DNA of 64,000 nucleotides from Candidatus Latescibacterota bacterium (GTDB lineage Bacteria; Latescibacterota; UBA2968; UBA8231): NCBI GenBank assembly GCA_965248265.1, contig CBDFJF010000002.1, positions 64,001 to 128,000 of the forward strand, read 5' to 3'. Shown piece by piece: positions 1 to 9,041 of this stretch (position 1 is its first letter; each line of letters starts with the position of its first letter). The notes under the pieces were generated by a model. It saw only the letters and a program-made list of their open reading frames with translations, ran no database searches and was not told where the DNA came from. The position numbers and the translations under genes were made by a program.

Positions 1-1148
1 CCCCGCAACACCGCTTCGACTGTGGCTCGATCTTCCTCCGACAAGTGGGCCAGCCGGCCCGTCCAGCGCCGTAGCTCTTCCCGGCGAAACTGCTCTGCCT
101 GGTCCCGCATGGCTTTGATGAGCGGACCGGCATCCAGAGCGTTCAACCAGTGGGTGAATTCGGCACGCTCCTCCTGGACGAGAACTTCCACCTTACTGAT
201 TTCTTGCTCTCGTTCCTCTCGGTTCGATCGGACCACCTGTTCCAGGTCATCGATATCGAATAGGAAGACATTGTCGAGTTCACGGACTCCCGGGTCGATG
301 TCCCGCGGCACGGCAATGTCGATCATGAACAATGGTTGACCGCGGCGCCGCCCCATGGCGTCACGCACCATGTCTGCCTGAATGACGAAGTCAGGCGCGG
401 CGGTTGAGGCGATGACGATATCGACGGCGTGCAGTTGATGTGGGAATTCATCCAGCGAGATGGCCTCGCCAGCGAAGGCACCGGCCAGCTCGGTGGCGCG
501 TTCCAGGGTGCGGTTGGCGACGATCATACGACCGATGCCACTGTCGACGAGGTATTGGGCCGTCAGCGTCATCATTTCCCCCGCACCCAGCAACAGTGCG
601 CTCTTCCCGTCCAGGCGATCGAAGATGCGGCCGGCCAGTTCCACGGCCGCCGTGCTGACGGACAGATGGCCGCGTCCAATGTCTGTTTCGGTTCGGGCTC
701 GCTTGCCAACTTTCAGGGCTCGCTGGAACAATTCGTTGAGCAGCAGGCGAGCCGACTTGCTCTGCTGAGCGGCTTCGAGGGAGTCGCGCACCTGGCCCAG
801 AATCTGGGACTCTCCGATGACGAGAGAGTCGATGCCACAGGCGACGCGAAACAAATGGATGGCCGCGTCGGCGCCTGTGAATTCATACAGACACGGGCGC
901 AGACGCTCGATATCGAGGTCGCGCTCCGTTGCCAGGAAGCGGCGTATGCGGTCGCTGCCGTCGTCGCCGTCGCAGACCGCGTAAATCTCTGAACGGTTGC
1001 AGGTAGACAGGATCGTCGCCTCGCCAAGCTCGAATGGGCCCACGAGCGACTGCAGACAGGCCTCGAGCCTTGAATCCGCGAAAGCGAGTTGCTCCCGGAT
1101 TTCGACCGGAGCCGAGTTGTGATTGAGGCCGACCGTGATGAGCTGCAA
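1..1148 (-). CDS. hemA: Glutamyl-tRNA reductase (3' end runs off the window; absent from the ORF track)
   Basis: Manual minus-strand translation from TTG at 1148 gives LQLITVGLNHNSAPVEIREQLAF, TILSTCNRSEIY (catalytic Cys), GESQILGQV, LLLGAGEM (NADPH site) and IDIAVPRDID. Confidence 0.95.
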   Translation of the reverse strand, partial: MQLITVGLNHNSAPVEIREQLAFADSRLEACLQSLVGPFELGEATILSTCNRSEIYAVCDGDDGSDRIRRFLATERDLDIERLRPCLYEFTGADAAIHLFRVACGIDSLVIGESQILGQVRDSLEAAQQSKSARLLLNELFQRALKVGKRARTETDIGRGHLSVSTAAVELAGRIFDRLDGKSALLLGAGEMMTLTAQYLVDSGIGRMIVANRTLERATELAGAFAGEAISLDEFPHQLHAVDIVIASTAAPDFVIQADMVRDAMGRRRGQPLFMIDIAVPRDIDPGVRELDNVFLFDIDDLEQVVRSNREEREQEISKVEVLVQEERAEFTHWLNALDAGPLIKAMRDQAEQFRREELRRWTGRLAHLSEEDRATVEAVLR

Positions 1149-1410
1149 GAGCGAGTATTATGTCCAGTTTTTTCCCGTGGCGGGAATAGTGAAGTGGTTC
1201 AGGCAGTCTCTCACGCATCCTGCAGGGGGGATAGTGCATCCAAAAGGCAGATGCACTCACTACACCCTACACCCAGTAATTAAGTCAAAACACAGATGAC
1301 AATACAGTTCCTTCCCGAGACCAGCTGCAGTGGTGAAAAATTCACGACTTTTTGGTTGCAGAGTCTCGATATTCTGAGCAATAAGACATCCTTACATGAG
1401 AGAACCCATT

Positions 1411-2358
1411 ATGAAGTCGCTCCGAAAGTCGCTCCGAAAGTCTCACTCAGCATTCCTCGGTCTCTTGACCGTCACGGCAATTCTCCACGGGCTGAGCCCG
1501 ACCATCATCCATGCGGGCGCCTGGGCGCTGCCGCAGGGACGTTTCTGGGGAAAGGTGACCTACTTCCAGCAAGCCACCGATGAGTGGTACATCTCGGCCA
1601 AGCAGTTCAATGGGGTATGGTTCGATGCCGGCACCAGGCGTCCCTATAACTTTGAAGGCAGCTATGAGTCAAAAGCAGTCTTCATCGAGGGGTTCTACGG
1701 TGTCACGGATCGGCTGGATGTCGGGGCTCAAATCCCCTATTTCGACCAGACGTTTCAGGATGCGACCCGTTCGGAACCGCCGACGGACAGCGGTTTCAGT
1801 GATCTGCGCATGATGGCGAAATTTCGCCTGCTGGAGCGCCCGCTGGTGCTGACACTCAAGGGTGCGGTGAAGTTTCCCACCGGTGACTTTGTCAACGAAG
1901 ACGGTCTAATTCCGGTAGGTGAAGGCCAGTGGGATTTCGATTTTGGGGTCCAGGCAGGCCGCTCCTTCTGGCCCCTACCAGCCTACGTCGCTGTCGAGTA
2001 CGCCTACCGAATTCGCCGAGAGAACGAGGAAATACTCCGCGATCCAGGTGAGGAGACCCTCATCAATGGAGAGGTCGGTTACAACCTCACTCCCAAGCTG
2101 ATGCTGGCGACCAAGGTGGAGCTGCTTCGAGGCGGCGCCGGGACGGACTTCGGTATCCGGTCGAGTTCATCGATAAAGCGCATCACTTACCTGGCGCCCA
2201 CGGTTTCGTACGCCGTTCACGGGAGCACGGTGGCCGAAGTCGCCATGCGCTTCAGTCTCAACGGCCGCAATTTTCCAGCCGGAAAACAGATTACCCTCGG
2301 CATGTCAACGGATTTCGATCTGAACCGGTTGGTCGCCAATACACTCCGGCGGCGTTGA
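1411..2358 (+). CDS. Putative outer-membrane beta-barrel protein (MetA-pathway/'transporter'-like family)
   Basis: Signal peptide, amphipathic aromatic-rich strands, SGFSDLRM..K and KFPTG..GEGQWDFDFG segments typical of this barrel group. Start could be 1396 or 1411. Confidence 0.6.
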   Translation: MKSLRKSLRKSHSAFLGLLTVTAILHGLSPTIIHAGAWALPQGRFWGKVTYFQQATDEWYISAKQFNGVWFDAGTRRPYNFEGSYESKAVFIEGFYGVTDRLDVGAQIPYFDQTFQDATRSEPPTDSGFSDLRMMAKFRLLERPLVLTLKGAVKFPTGDFVNEDGLIPVGEGQWDFDFGVQAGRSFWPLPAYVAVEYAYRIRRENEEILRDPGEETLINGEVGYNLTPKLMLATKVELLRGGAGTDFGIRSSSSIKRITYLAPTVSYAVHGSTVAEVAMRFSLNGRNFPAGKQITLGMSTDFDLNRLVANTLRRR

Positions 2359-2476
2359 TGGCCATCATTCGTCCTCAACGGGCCGTGGTGTATCGGTGCA
2401 TGCTTCTTCTTAACTAATTGTTTTACAGTTATTTAGCAAGATTCACCCGGCCAGATCTGAGCGGGTGGAATTTTTG

Positions 2477-2506
2477 TTGACGCGATTTCAGGCAGGCATG
2501 TATATT
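2477..2506 (+). promoter_or_regulatory. Sigma70-type promoter
   Basis: TTGACG (2477-2482), 18-nt spacer, TATATT (2501-2506). The predicted TSS near 2512 coincides with the 5' strand of a long-range stem. Confidence 0.6.
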
Positions 2507-2513
2507 ACGAGAA

Positions 2514-2757
2514 GCTGGTCGACAAGCGGCCAGCCCCGGGCGATTACGCCAATCGGCTGACTTTCGTCTCAGAAGGCGTCCGCAGGACGCTTTTCGCTGC
2601 GTCGGCCTTACCATTGTGCACGAGCAAGCCTCCTGGTACGCCGACCCGAGGGTCGGTGAGGAGGCATTCTGGCTCGATGCTTGAAAGAAAGGAGGTGGTC
2701 TGTGAGCAGTAGTATACCATTAAGGGGGTCGGCCACCTGACCTGAGCTTCGACCAGC
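2514..2757 (+). ncRNA. Putative structured RNA or 5' leader of unrecognised family
   Basis: Closing stem GCTGGTCG(AC)AAGC 2514-2527 with GCTTCGACCAGC 2746-2757; internal hairpins at 2531-2559, 2573-2593, 2628-2665 and 2693-2738. Confidence 0.55.
2702..2740 (+). CDS. Putative 12-aa micro-ORF/leader peptide MSSSIPLRGSAT
   Basis: GTG start 5 nt after AGGAGGT within an extended SD (AGAAAGGAGGTGGTC, 2686-2700); TGA at 2738-2740. Confidence 0.4.
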   Translation: MSSSIPLRGSAT

Positions 2758-2776
2758 ACCCTGTTATTCTCTGACT

Positions 2777-4354
2777 ATGACTACAGCGCTGGATTCAACA
2801 ACATCCTCACCTGCCTACAGGGACACCCTGCCCCCAAAGCTCAGGCTCGAGCTGTGGAAGCGGATCGATCGGCGCTTGAGCCGCGGTGACATACTGATAA
2901 CGAACGAGCAGTTCGTCCGCGCCATGGTGCGGGATTTTCGCAAGATTCTGCAGGTCAAGCCAGATCGGTACGCCATCGAAGAGATCGTGGAGATGGTGCA
3001 GATGGTGAATGAAACCAGACCTGAGACTTACCTCACCATGGGGATCAAAAACGCGATCACCAAGTTTTTCAAGGACACCGAAGAGCGCACACAGGGGCAG
3101 GCGGACGCGCAGGAGGAAATGCACGCCCGCATCAAGGAGATGATCAAGGAAGGCCACACCGCTCTGTTCCTGGAGAGCATAGGGGTCGAGGTCGATGACG
3201 CCGCGCTCAACCCGCGTATCGAAACCGCCATTGTTCGCATAATAGACGGCAAAAAATTGAAAGCGGCGCCTCGCCGAGCAAGCAGCGGGCCCCGCCGCCG
3301 CAAGGCGCCCTCTGAGATGGTATCCGTGCGCTCTGCGGTAGAGGAGGTCGCGGCCAACGACGGCAGCGAACGCCCGGCCGTGGCGCCACCTCCCACCGAT
3401 GAGGAACAGGCACAATACCTCACCGAAGAGAAAAAACGTGTCGAGGTCACGGCCAACGCCGAGCTGGAGCGTGCCCCTCGCTATCTCGATTCATACGTCA
3501 AACAGGACATGCTCAGCGAAAAGGAAGCCGTTGATCTGCGCACGCTGTACGGTATTGACGAGCGCCTGGCCAAGGGGGAGATCGACGAAGCGGAGGCCAA
3601 TCGGCTACGCAATGAGCTGTCGGAAGGCGTGCGCGACAAGCTGCAGGAGCGACTGCGAGCCGCGGTCGATCACTCCGTCCATTACCTGAACGTTTTCGAG
3701 GCGCTGGGCAGGCTGCCACAGGAGCGGGATGGGGCACTGCAGTTCCTGATCGATTTCGCCGACCTGGTAGCCATGGAAGACAAGGATGTGGAGTTGGCCG
3801 ACGTCACCAAGGCTCTCGAAGAGGACGATGAGTTGGTCGAGAATCTGGGAGTCTTGATGGAGCGCAAGGACCATGGGATTCGCATGTTGGTGGCCAACAT
3901 GCCTCCATTTCGTCACGTGTTCGGTCCTGGTGAAAAGATCGGCACGTGGGTAATCGAGGCAAAGTTCGTTGCCGATCTCAGGAACCTGAGACTGGACGAG
4001 GTCTCGGAGCAGCTCAATGCAGACGACACCGCCGTCCGCGTCCGCGCGGCGGCCGACATAAAGTGTATGGTGGCCTTGTTGAATCTTCTCATGCGCCCGA
4101 CGGCAATGCATGCCGAGATAAGGCGTCTGCGGATCCACCTGCGCATCCGCCGGACCCTTGAGGGAGGCGCGGATGAGCGCGATGGCCGCAACAAGGTGCA
4201 GCAATTCCTCAAGCGGCGTTTGCACAATTTGTACCCGGATCTCACCAGGGAAGAGCGTGCCGGCATCGAAGAATGGTCCAACAAGCTGCTCGCCGGTCGG
4301 GGGGAAGAAGAAGAAGAAGGTGAAGACCGCTCGAAGCGCGTCTACCGGGTGTAG
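2777..4354 (+). CDS. Hypothetical 525-aa charged, probably helical cytoplasmic protein
   Basis: Long ORF with coding-like codon usage, no recognised motif, no signal peptide and no obvious SD. Confidence 0.8.
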   Translation: MTTALDSTTSSPAYRDTLPPKLRLELWKRIDRRLSRGDILITNEQFVRAMVRDFRKILQVKPDRYAIEEIVEMVQMVNETRPETYLTMGIKNAITKFFKDTEERTQGQADAQEEMHARIKEMIKEGHTALFLESIGVEVDDAALNPRIETAIVRIIDGKKLKAAPRRASSGPRRRKAPSEMVSVRSAVEEVAANDGSERPAVAPPPTDEEQAQYLTEEKKRVEVTANAELERAPRYLDSYVKQDMLSEKEAVDLRTLYGIDERLAKGEIDEAEANRLRNELSEGVRDKLQERLRAAVDHSVHYLNVFEALGRLPQERDGALQFLIDFADLVAMEDKDVELADVTKALEEDDELVENLGVLMERKDHGIRMLVANMPPFRHVFGPGEKIGTWVIEAKFVADLRNLRLDEVSEQLNADDTAVRVRAAADIKCMVALLNLLMRPTAMHAEIRRLRIHLRIRRTLEGGADERDGRNKVQQFLKRRLHNLYPDLTREERAGIEEWSNKLLAGRGEEEEEGEDRSKRVYRV

Positions 4355-4425
4355 ACATTTTTCGGGGATCTAACAAGCACGTAGAAGCGTTTCACACGCA
4401 TGAGTCAGGCGAAGGAGCAGGTGCG

Positions 4426-5229
4426 ATGAAATCAAAGTACACATTCAAGTTCCCATTCAGCCATTCAATGGTCATCGCTGTTGCCGCCTTCCTCTGCTCT
4501 GGAGCGGTCGAGGCAGAAACCGATCGCGTGCCGGCCGACCGATCAGAAACCGGTCGGCTTCTGGGCGACGCAAGTCAGACTGACTTTGACATGCGGGCTT
4601 TCCGTGCGCGTTTGCACAATGCGCTGGAGCTGTCGGAAGAACAGATTACACAACTCAGAGACTTGAGGGCACAACTGCAGGTACGGCTCGGGGATACTCG
4701 GGAGGAGGTACGGGAAGGCAATCTCAGCCGAACAGAGCGTCGGGCCATGGTGCGGCGAATCATGAACGCACACCGTCAATCGAGGGATGCGATCTTGAAT
4801 CCCGATCAGATTGCCCTGCTCGACAGAGCCCACGACTACCTGGCAGAGCGTCGGTTGGAGAGGCGGTTGGATAGACCTCATCGTCGCCACCGCTTTGACC
4901 GGTTGGCCGACGCCTTGGAGTTGAACCCTGAACAACGTCATGAATGGCGCGCCCTGTTGGAGAGGCAGCGGGCTGCCATACACAATCTGCGTGAGTCCGA
5001 TGAAGCGCCAACGCGCGACGACGTTCGCCAACTCCGGCTGCAGCACAAAGAGGCCTTCGAGGCCATTCTAACGCCTGAGCAGCTGAGGCTATTCCGCGAC
5101 ATCGAGGATCGCCGCCACCGGAGGGGTGATGCTGGCGATGCAGACGAATTTCCTTCGACCTTGGACGATGATCCGGCGACTTCGGTTGGAACGATGAGCT
5201 GGGGAGAAATCAAAGAGGGGTCGCGGTAG
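4426..5229 (+). CDS. Spy/CpxP-like (LTxxQ) periplasmic protein with tandem domains and a C-terminal SWGEIK tail
   Basis: Signal peptide; repeated LELSEEQ, ILNPDQ, LELNPEQ and ILTPEQ motifs; AAGGAG SD upstream. Confidence 0.7.
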   Translation: MKSKYTFKFPFSHSMVIAVAAFLCSGAVEAETDRVPADRSETGRLLGDASQTDFDMRAFRARLHNALELSEEQITQLRDLRAQLQVRLGDTREEVREGNLSRTERRAMVRRIMNAHRQSRDAILNPDQIALLDRAHDYLAERRLERRLDRPHRRHRFDRLADALELNPEQRHEWRALLERQRAAIHNLRESDEAPTRDDVRQLRLQHKEAFEAILTPEQLRLFRDIEDRRHRRGDAGDADEFPSTLDDDPATSVGTMSWGEIKEGSR

Positions 5230-5249
5230 GCCCGCAGCAAGCGTCGCTA

Positions 5250-6125
5250 CTAAGTGCTCACCGCCTCTTCGATAGCGGCGCGTGACTGGGAACAGTAGTC
5301 GGGGACTGTTTCGAAGCCCACGAAATCGATGGCTCCCAGTTGCACGCAGGCGACTGCACTGTTGCCGATGCCCAGGAAGGGGTCGACTACCAGGTCGGCG
5401 CGCCCGGTGCCGTGAAGCTGCACGCACATCTTCGGAATTTTCACCGGAAAAGAAGCTGGATGCGGTCGCTGCCTGGCGCGGTTCTGGATCGTCCGATACG
5501 GCACGAACCAGGTGTTGCCCCGGCACCGCACATCCTCGCCAGCGCCCCCGCTCCAACGGCGGACGTTGGATTTGTCCTGGTACTCGACGCCCAGCGCAAG
5601 ACGGTCCAGTTCGACATTTCCCTGCTTAGTCAGATGGAAGATGTATTCGTGGCAGTCGTTTATGTAGCGCGGGCTGTTGATCGGTTTGTAGTGTCCTACT
5701 GAGACGTTGGCATTTATTCCCGGATATCGCCCCACGTCCTCTTTCTGGATGGCGATCGATTTGATCCAGTGAATGACGTTCTGTAGCTCAAAGTGTTCTC
5801 GCAACGCGTGCAGGACCTCGAACGGTCCCCACGGCTGAGACGGTTTGCCTCCGATGTTGAGAAAGAGGGAACCCCGATCGCTGAGGATCTCACGCACGAC
5901 GGCTCCCCACTGCCCCATGAAGGACAGGTATTCGCCACGCGCCATGGTGTCGTCGTAGCCGGTGTAGTCCGTGCCCAAATTGTACGGTGGTGAGGTCACG
6001 ACGACGTCTACGGACCCAACGCGCAGACGATCGCGCATGCCTTCGATGCAGTCGAGGTTGACGACCTCTATACGGGAGCCGCGCGACTCGATCTCGAAGT
6101 GGGTTGAGGAGTAGGACTCGCTCAT
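5250..6125 (-). CDS. Site-specific DNA methyltransferase, beta class (N4-C/N6-A)
   Basis: Catalytic VVTSPPYN precedes HPASFP and the SAM motif VVDPFLGIG, which is the beta-class order. Confidence 0.9.
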   Translation of the reverse strand: MSESYSSTHFEIESRGSRIEVVNLDCIEGMRDRLRVGSVDVVVTSPPYNLGTDYTGYDDTMARGEYLSFMGQWGAVVREILSDRGSLFLNIGGKPSQPWGPFEVLHALREHFELQNVIHWIKSIAIQKEDVGRYPGINANVSVGHYKPINSPRYINDCHEYIFHLTKQGNVELDRLALGVEYQDKSNVRRWSGGAGEDVRCRGNTWFVPYRTIQNRARQRPHPASFPVKIPKMCVQLHGTGRADLVVDPFLGIGNSAVACVQLGAIDFVGFETVPDYCSQSRAAIEEAVST

Positions 6126-6152
6126 GAGCGAGTCCGGGCCGCAGGGGCAACG

Positions 6153-7781
6153 TTACCAGCCCAGGGCATAACCGTCGCGCCGTGGGTCGGCGCCCCCCAC
6201 GAAGGTCGAAGTGTCGGCGTCGACGTAAATTCCCTGACCGCCACCGACGCTCGGCGTCCAGTCGCCGCCCTCGAGGAGCAAGCGGTGCCCCCGTCGCTCC
6301 AACTCGGCGAGGACGTCGCCGTCGATTCGGGTCTCCGCCGTCACCTCGAGTCCGTCCATCGAACGCACCCGTGGCGCCTCTATGGCAGCCTGGATGCTCA
6401 TCCGGTGGTCGATGACGTTCATGATCATCTGAGGCGTCGTCTGCATGATGCCGTAGCTGCCAGGTGTGCCAATCAGGAACCGGAGTCCGGCCTCATCGAA
6501 CACCTGAACGGGGGACATGCACATCTCATTCTTCTTTGCCGGTCCGATGGCGTTGGGGCTCTGTGGTTCCATGTCGAACCATCTCATGAAGTTGTTCAAC
6601 GCCAGGCCCGTGCCGGGCACGACCATTCCGGACCCGAAGGTACTGCCCAGACTCTGCGTCACGCTGACGGCATTGCCCCGGTCGTCGATTGCATCGAAAT
6701 GGGTCGTGCACTCTGTTTTCATCCACGCGTAGGGATCCCCAGCATGCACCTCTGCTTCGGATCCGGCGGGCACGAAGCGCTCGCTTCTGGGTTGCGCGCG
6801 ATCACTGATCTGGGCCCGTCGCTGAGCCGCGTAGGCCTTCGACAACAGACCCGCCGTCGGCGGTTCGGCGATAGCTGCGTATTCAACCCGGTCGGCGATG
6901 GCGAGCTTGGCGGCTTCGAGGAAGGTGTGCAGGGTTTGCGCACTGTTGTGCCCCATCTCAGTGACATCGAACCCTTCCATGATGTTGAGCGTTTCCAGGT
7001 ACTGCACGGCCTGGCAGGGTGGCGGTGGTACGCAAACGCGAAAGCCACGGTAGTCGACGTCCACGGGGTCTAGCCATGCCGGGGTGAAACCGGCGAGGTC
7101 TTCTGCCGTGATAAGCCCACCATTGTTCGATAGGAAGGCGACGATCTTGTCGGCGATGGCGCCACGGTAGAAGGCATCGGGTCCGTCCGCGGCGATCATG
7201 CGGTAGGTCTCGGCCAGGTCCGCCTGCACCAAGACCTCGCCCGGCCGCGGCGCCCGTCCGTCAACCAGGTAGGTGGCGGCGCTGGTCTCATGCAACCCCG
7301 AGGCCCCACCACCAAAGAAGCGGCTACCCGTGGCGGTCATTCCGATACCCTGTTCAGCGTATTCGATCGCCGGCTCGAACACCGTGGCCGCGTCCATGGT
7401 GCCGTAGCGCTCGAGCGCCGCCAACCAACCGCCGCAGGCTCCTGGAACGATCGGTGACAACGGACCCCTGTCGATCTGGTCGACGTTGTCGAAGAGCGAC
7501 AACTCGGCTGCAAGTGGCGTCAAGCCGACATAATCTAGAATCTGGTGCTCGTTCCGGGACGCGCACGAAATGTTCATGTAGCCGATTCCGCCCAAACCGG
7601 ACATGAACGGTTCAGCGACATTGAGCGCGGCTGCCGTGGCCACCGCCGCGTCGACGGCATTACCGCCAGCCATCAGGATGCGCAAACCCGCCACCGAGGC
7701 CAGCGGATGGGCGGAGGCGATCATCCCCCGCCTGCCCGTCACCGTCGGGCGGTGACACGTTCCTCTTGAAGGGAAAGCCAT
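6153..7781 (-). CDS. ggt: Gamma-glutamyltransferase family protein
   Basis: GMIASAHPLAS, GGNAVDAAVA, autocleavage TTHF, GTPGS and GGADPRRDG motifs. Start trimmed to the ATG at 7781. Confidence 0.9.
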   Translation of the reverse strand: MAFPSRGTCHRPTVTGRRGMIASAHPLASVAGLRILMAGGNAVDAAVATAAALNVAEPFMSGLGGIGYMNISCASRNEHQILDYVGLTPLAAELSLFDNVDQIDRGPLSPIVPGACGGWLAALERYGTMDAATVFEPAIEYAEQGIGMTATGSRFFGGGASGLHETSAATYLVDGRAPRPGEVLVQADLAETYRMIAADGPDAFYRGAIADKIVAFLSNNGGLITAEDLAGFTPAWLDPVDVDYRGFRVCVPPPPCQAVQYLETLNIMEGFDVTEMGHNSAQTLHTFLEAAKLAIADRVEYAAIAEPPTAGLLSKAYAAQRRAQISDRAQPRSERFVPAGSEAEVHAGDPYAWMKTECTTHFDAIDDRGNAVSVTQSLGSTFGSGMVVPGTGLALNNFMRWFDMEPQSPNAIGPAKKNEMCMSPVQVFDEAGLRFLIGTPGSYGIMQTTPQMIMNVIDHRMSIQAAIEAPRVRSMDGLEVTAETRIDGDVLAELERRGHRLLLEGGDWTPSVGGGQGIYVDADTSTFVGGADPRRDGYALGW

Positions 7782-7944
7782 TAGACAGACACCTGTGCCA
7801 AGGTTAATTTTCAGGCATTGTAGACGCGCCGGAACATACTGCGGACGAGACTCATTGTACACAGACTCAAATCCGCGAGTCAATGGCGTCGACTACGTTA
7901 TTAACTGAACGAACAACACCCTGTTTAACGAGTACCAGGTGCAC

Positions 7945-9024
7945 ATGTCCAGGACGATCATAGATCGAACGATAGATCTGCGCAGCGATACGGTCACCCA
8001 GCCCACGGAAGCGATGCGGGAGGCCATGCGCCACGCCGAGGTTGGCGACGACGTCAAATCCGAAGACCCGACCGTCAATCGCCTCCAGCAACTGGCGGCC
8101 GAGACCGTGGGTACCGAGGCGGCTCTGTTTGTCGCCAGCGGCACGATGGGCAATACCTGCGCGCTACTGGCCCACTCGCGTCATGGAGAGGAAGTCCTCT
8201 TCGAAGCCCAGTCTCACATGTATAACTGGGAGGCCGGCGGGTATGCCGTGCTTGCCGGACTGGCGGCAAAGGCCGTTCCGGGCAAGGATGGAGTGATGCT
8301 GCCACAGCAGGTCGCCGAATTCGTGCGTGCGGAGAATCCACACCTGCCCCGTGCCCGTCTCGTCTGTATCGAAAACACGCACAACATGGCGGGCGGCCAC
8401 GCCCTCACGCCTGCAGAAATCGAAGCCGTTGCGGCGGCGGCACAGGAACATGGATTCAAGCTGCACATCGACGGAGCCCGCATTTTCAATGCGGCAGTCG
8501 CCCTCGGTGTCGACGTGCGCGAGCTCGTTCGCCCGGCCGATTCGGTCATGTTCTGTCTCTCGAAAGGCCTCAGCGCTCCAGTTGGATCACTCCTGTGCGG
8601 CACCCGTGCCTTCATCGACGAGGCATACCGTGCTCGCAAACGGTTGGGCGGTGCCATGCGGCAGGTTGGCGTCATCGCCGCCGCCGGTATTGTCGCGTTG
8701 GAGGAGAGTTCCATCCAACGCCTGGCCGAAGACCACGACAACGCGCGCCGGTTGCATGCTGGACTCAACGCCATCGAGGGCTTCCGCGCCGAGCAACCGC
8801 CTCGCCCCACCAACTTCGCGATCGCCAATGTGACTGATCTGGGGTGGGACCAGGCGCAGCTGCTGGCGGCCTGGAATAAACGTGGCATATTGGCCAGTCC
8901 GCGACCCGGAGCCAGAGCTCGTCTGGTCACCCATCGTCACATATCCAGTTCGGACATCGACTACGTAATCGAGGCCACGGCCGAGATGGTGAACCAACCG
9001 GCGACGGCCACGGCAGCGACCTGA
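7945..9024 (+). CDS. ltaE: Low-specificity L-threonine aldolase (PLP)
   Basis: [42 protein letters not shown] and CLSKGL (PLP Lys). Confidence 0.93.
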   Translation: MSRTIIDRTIDLRSDTVTQPTEAMREAMRHAEVGDDVKSEDPTVNRLQQLAAETVGTEAALFVASGTMGNTCALLAHSRHGEEVLFEAQSHMYNWEAGGYAVLAGLAAKAVPGKDGVMLPQQVAEFVRAENPHLPRARLVCIENTHNMAGGHALTPAEIEAVAAAAQEHGFKLHIDGARIFNAAVALGVDVRELVRPADSVMFCLSKGLSAPVGSLLCGTRAFIDEAYRARKRLGGAMRQVGVIAAAGIVALEESSIQRLAEDHDNARRLHAGLNAIEGFRAEQPPRPTNFAIANVTDLGWDQAQLLAAWNKRGILASPRPGARARLVTHRHISSSDIDYVIEATAEMVNQPATATAAT

Positions 9025-9041
9025 GACTCGCCGAGCACAGG

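Noticed and set aside
22-1283. Several short ORFs in the track
   Set aside because: Shadow ORFs of hemA on the minus strand.
1414-1443. 12-nt tandem repeat AAGTCGCTCCGA (KSLR KSLR KS)
   Set aside because: A short in-frame duplication in a signal-peptide n-region with no evidence of function.
2511-2760. Assigning the structured region to tmRNA, SRP RNA, RNase P RNA or an antisense 16S fragment
   Set aside because: No GGGG...CCACCA acceptor, no SRP GGAAG/AGCAG loop and no RNase P P4 motif; similarity to 16S stops after 15 nt. A divergent 6S RNA cannot be excluded by eye.
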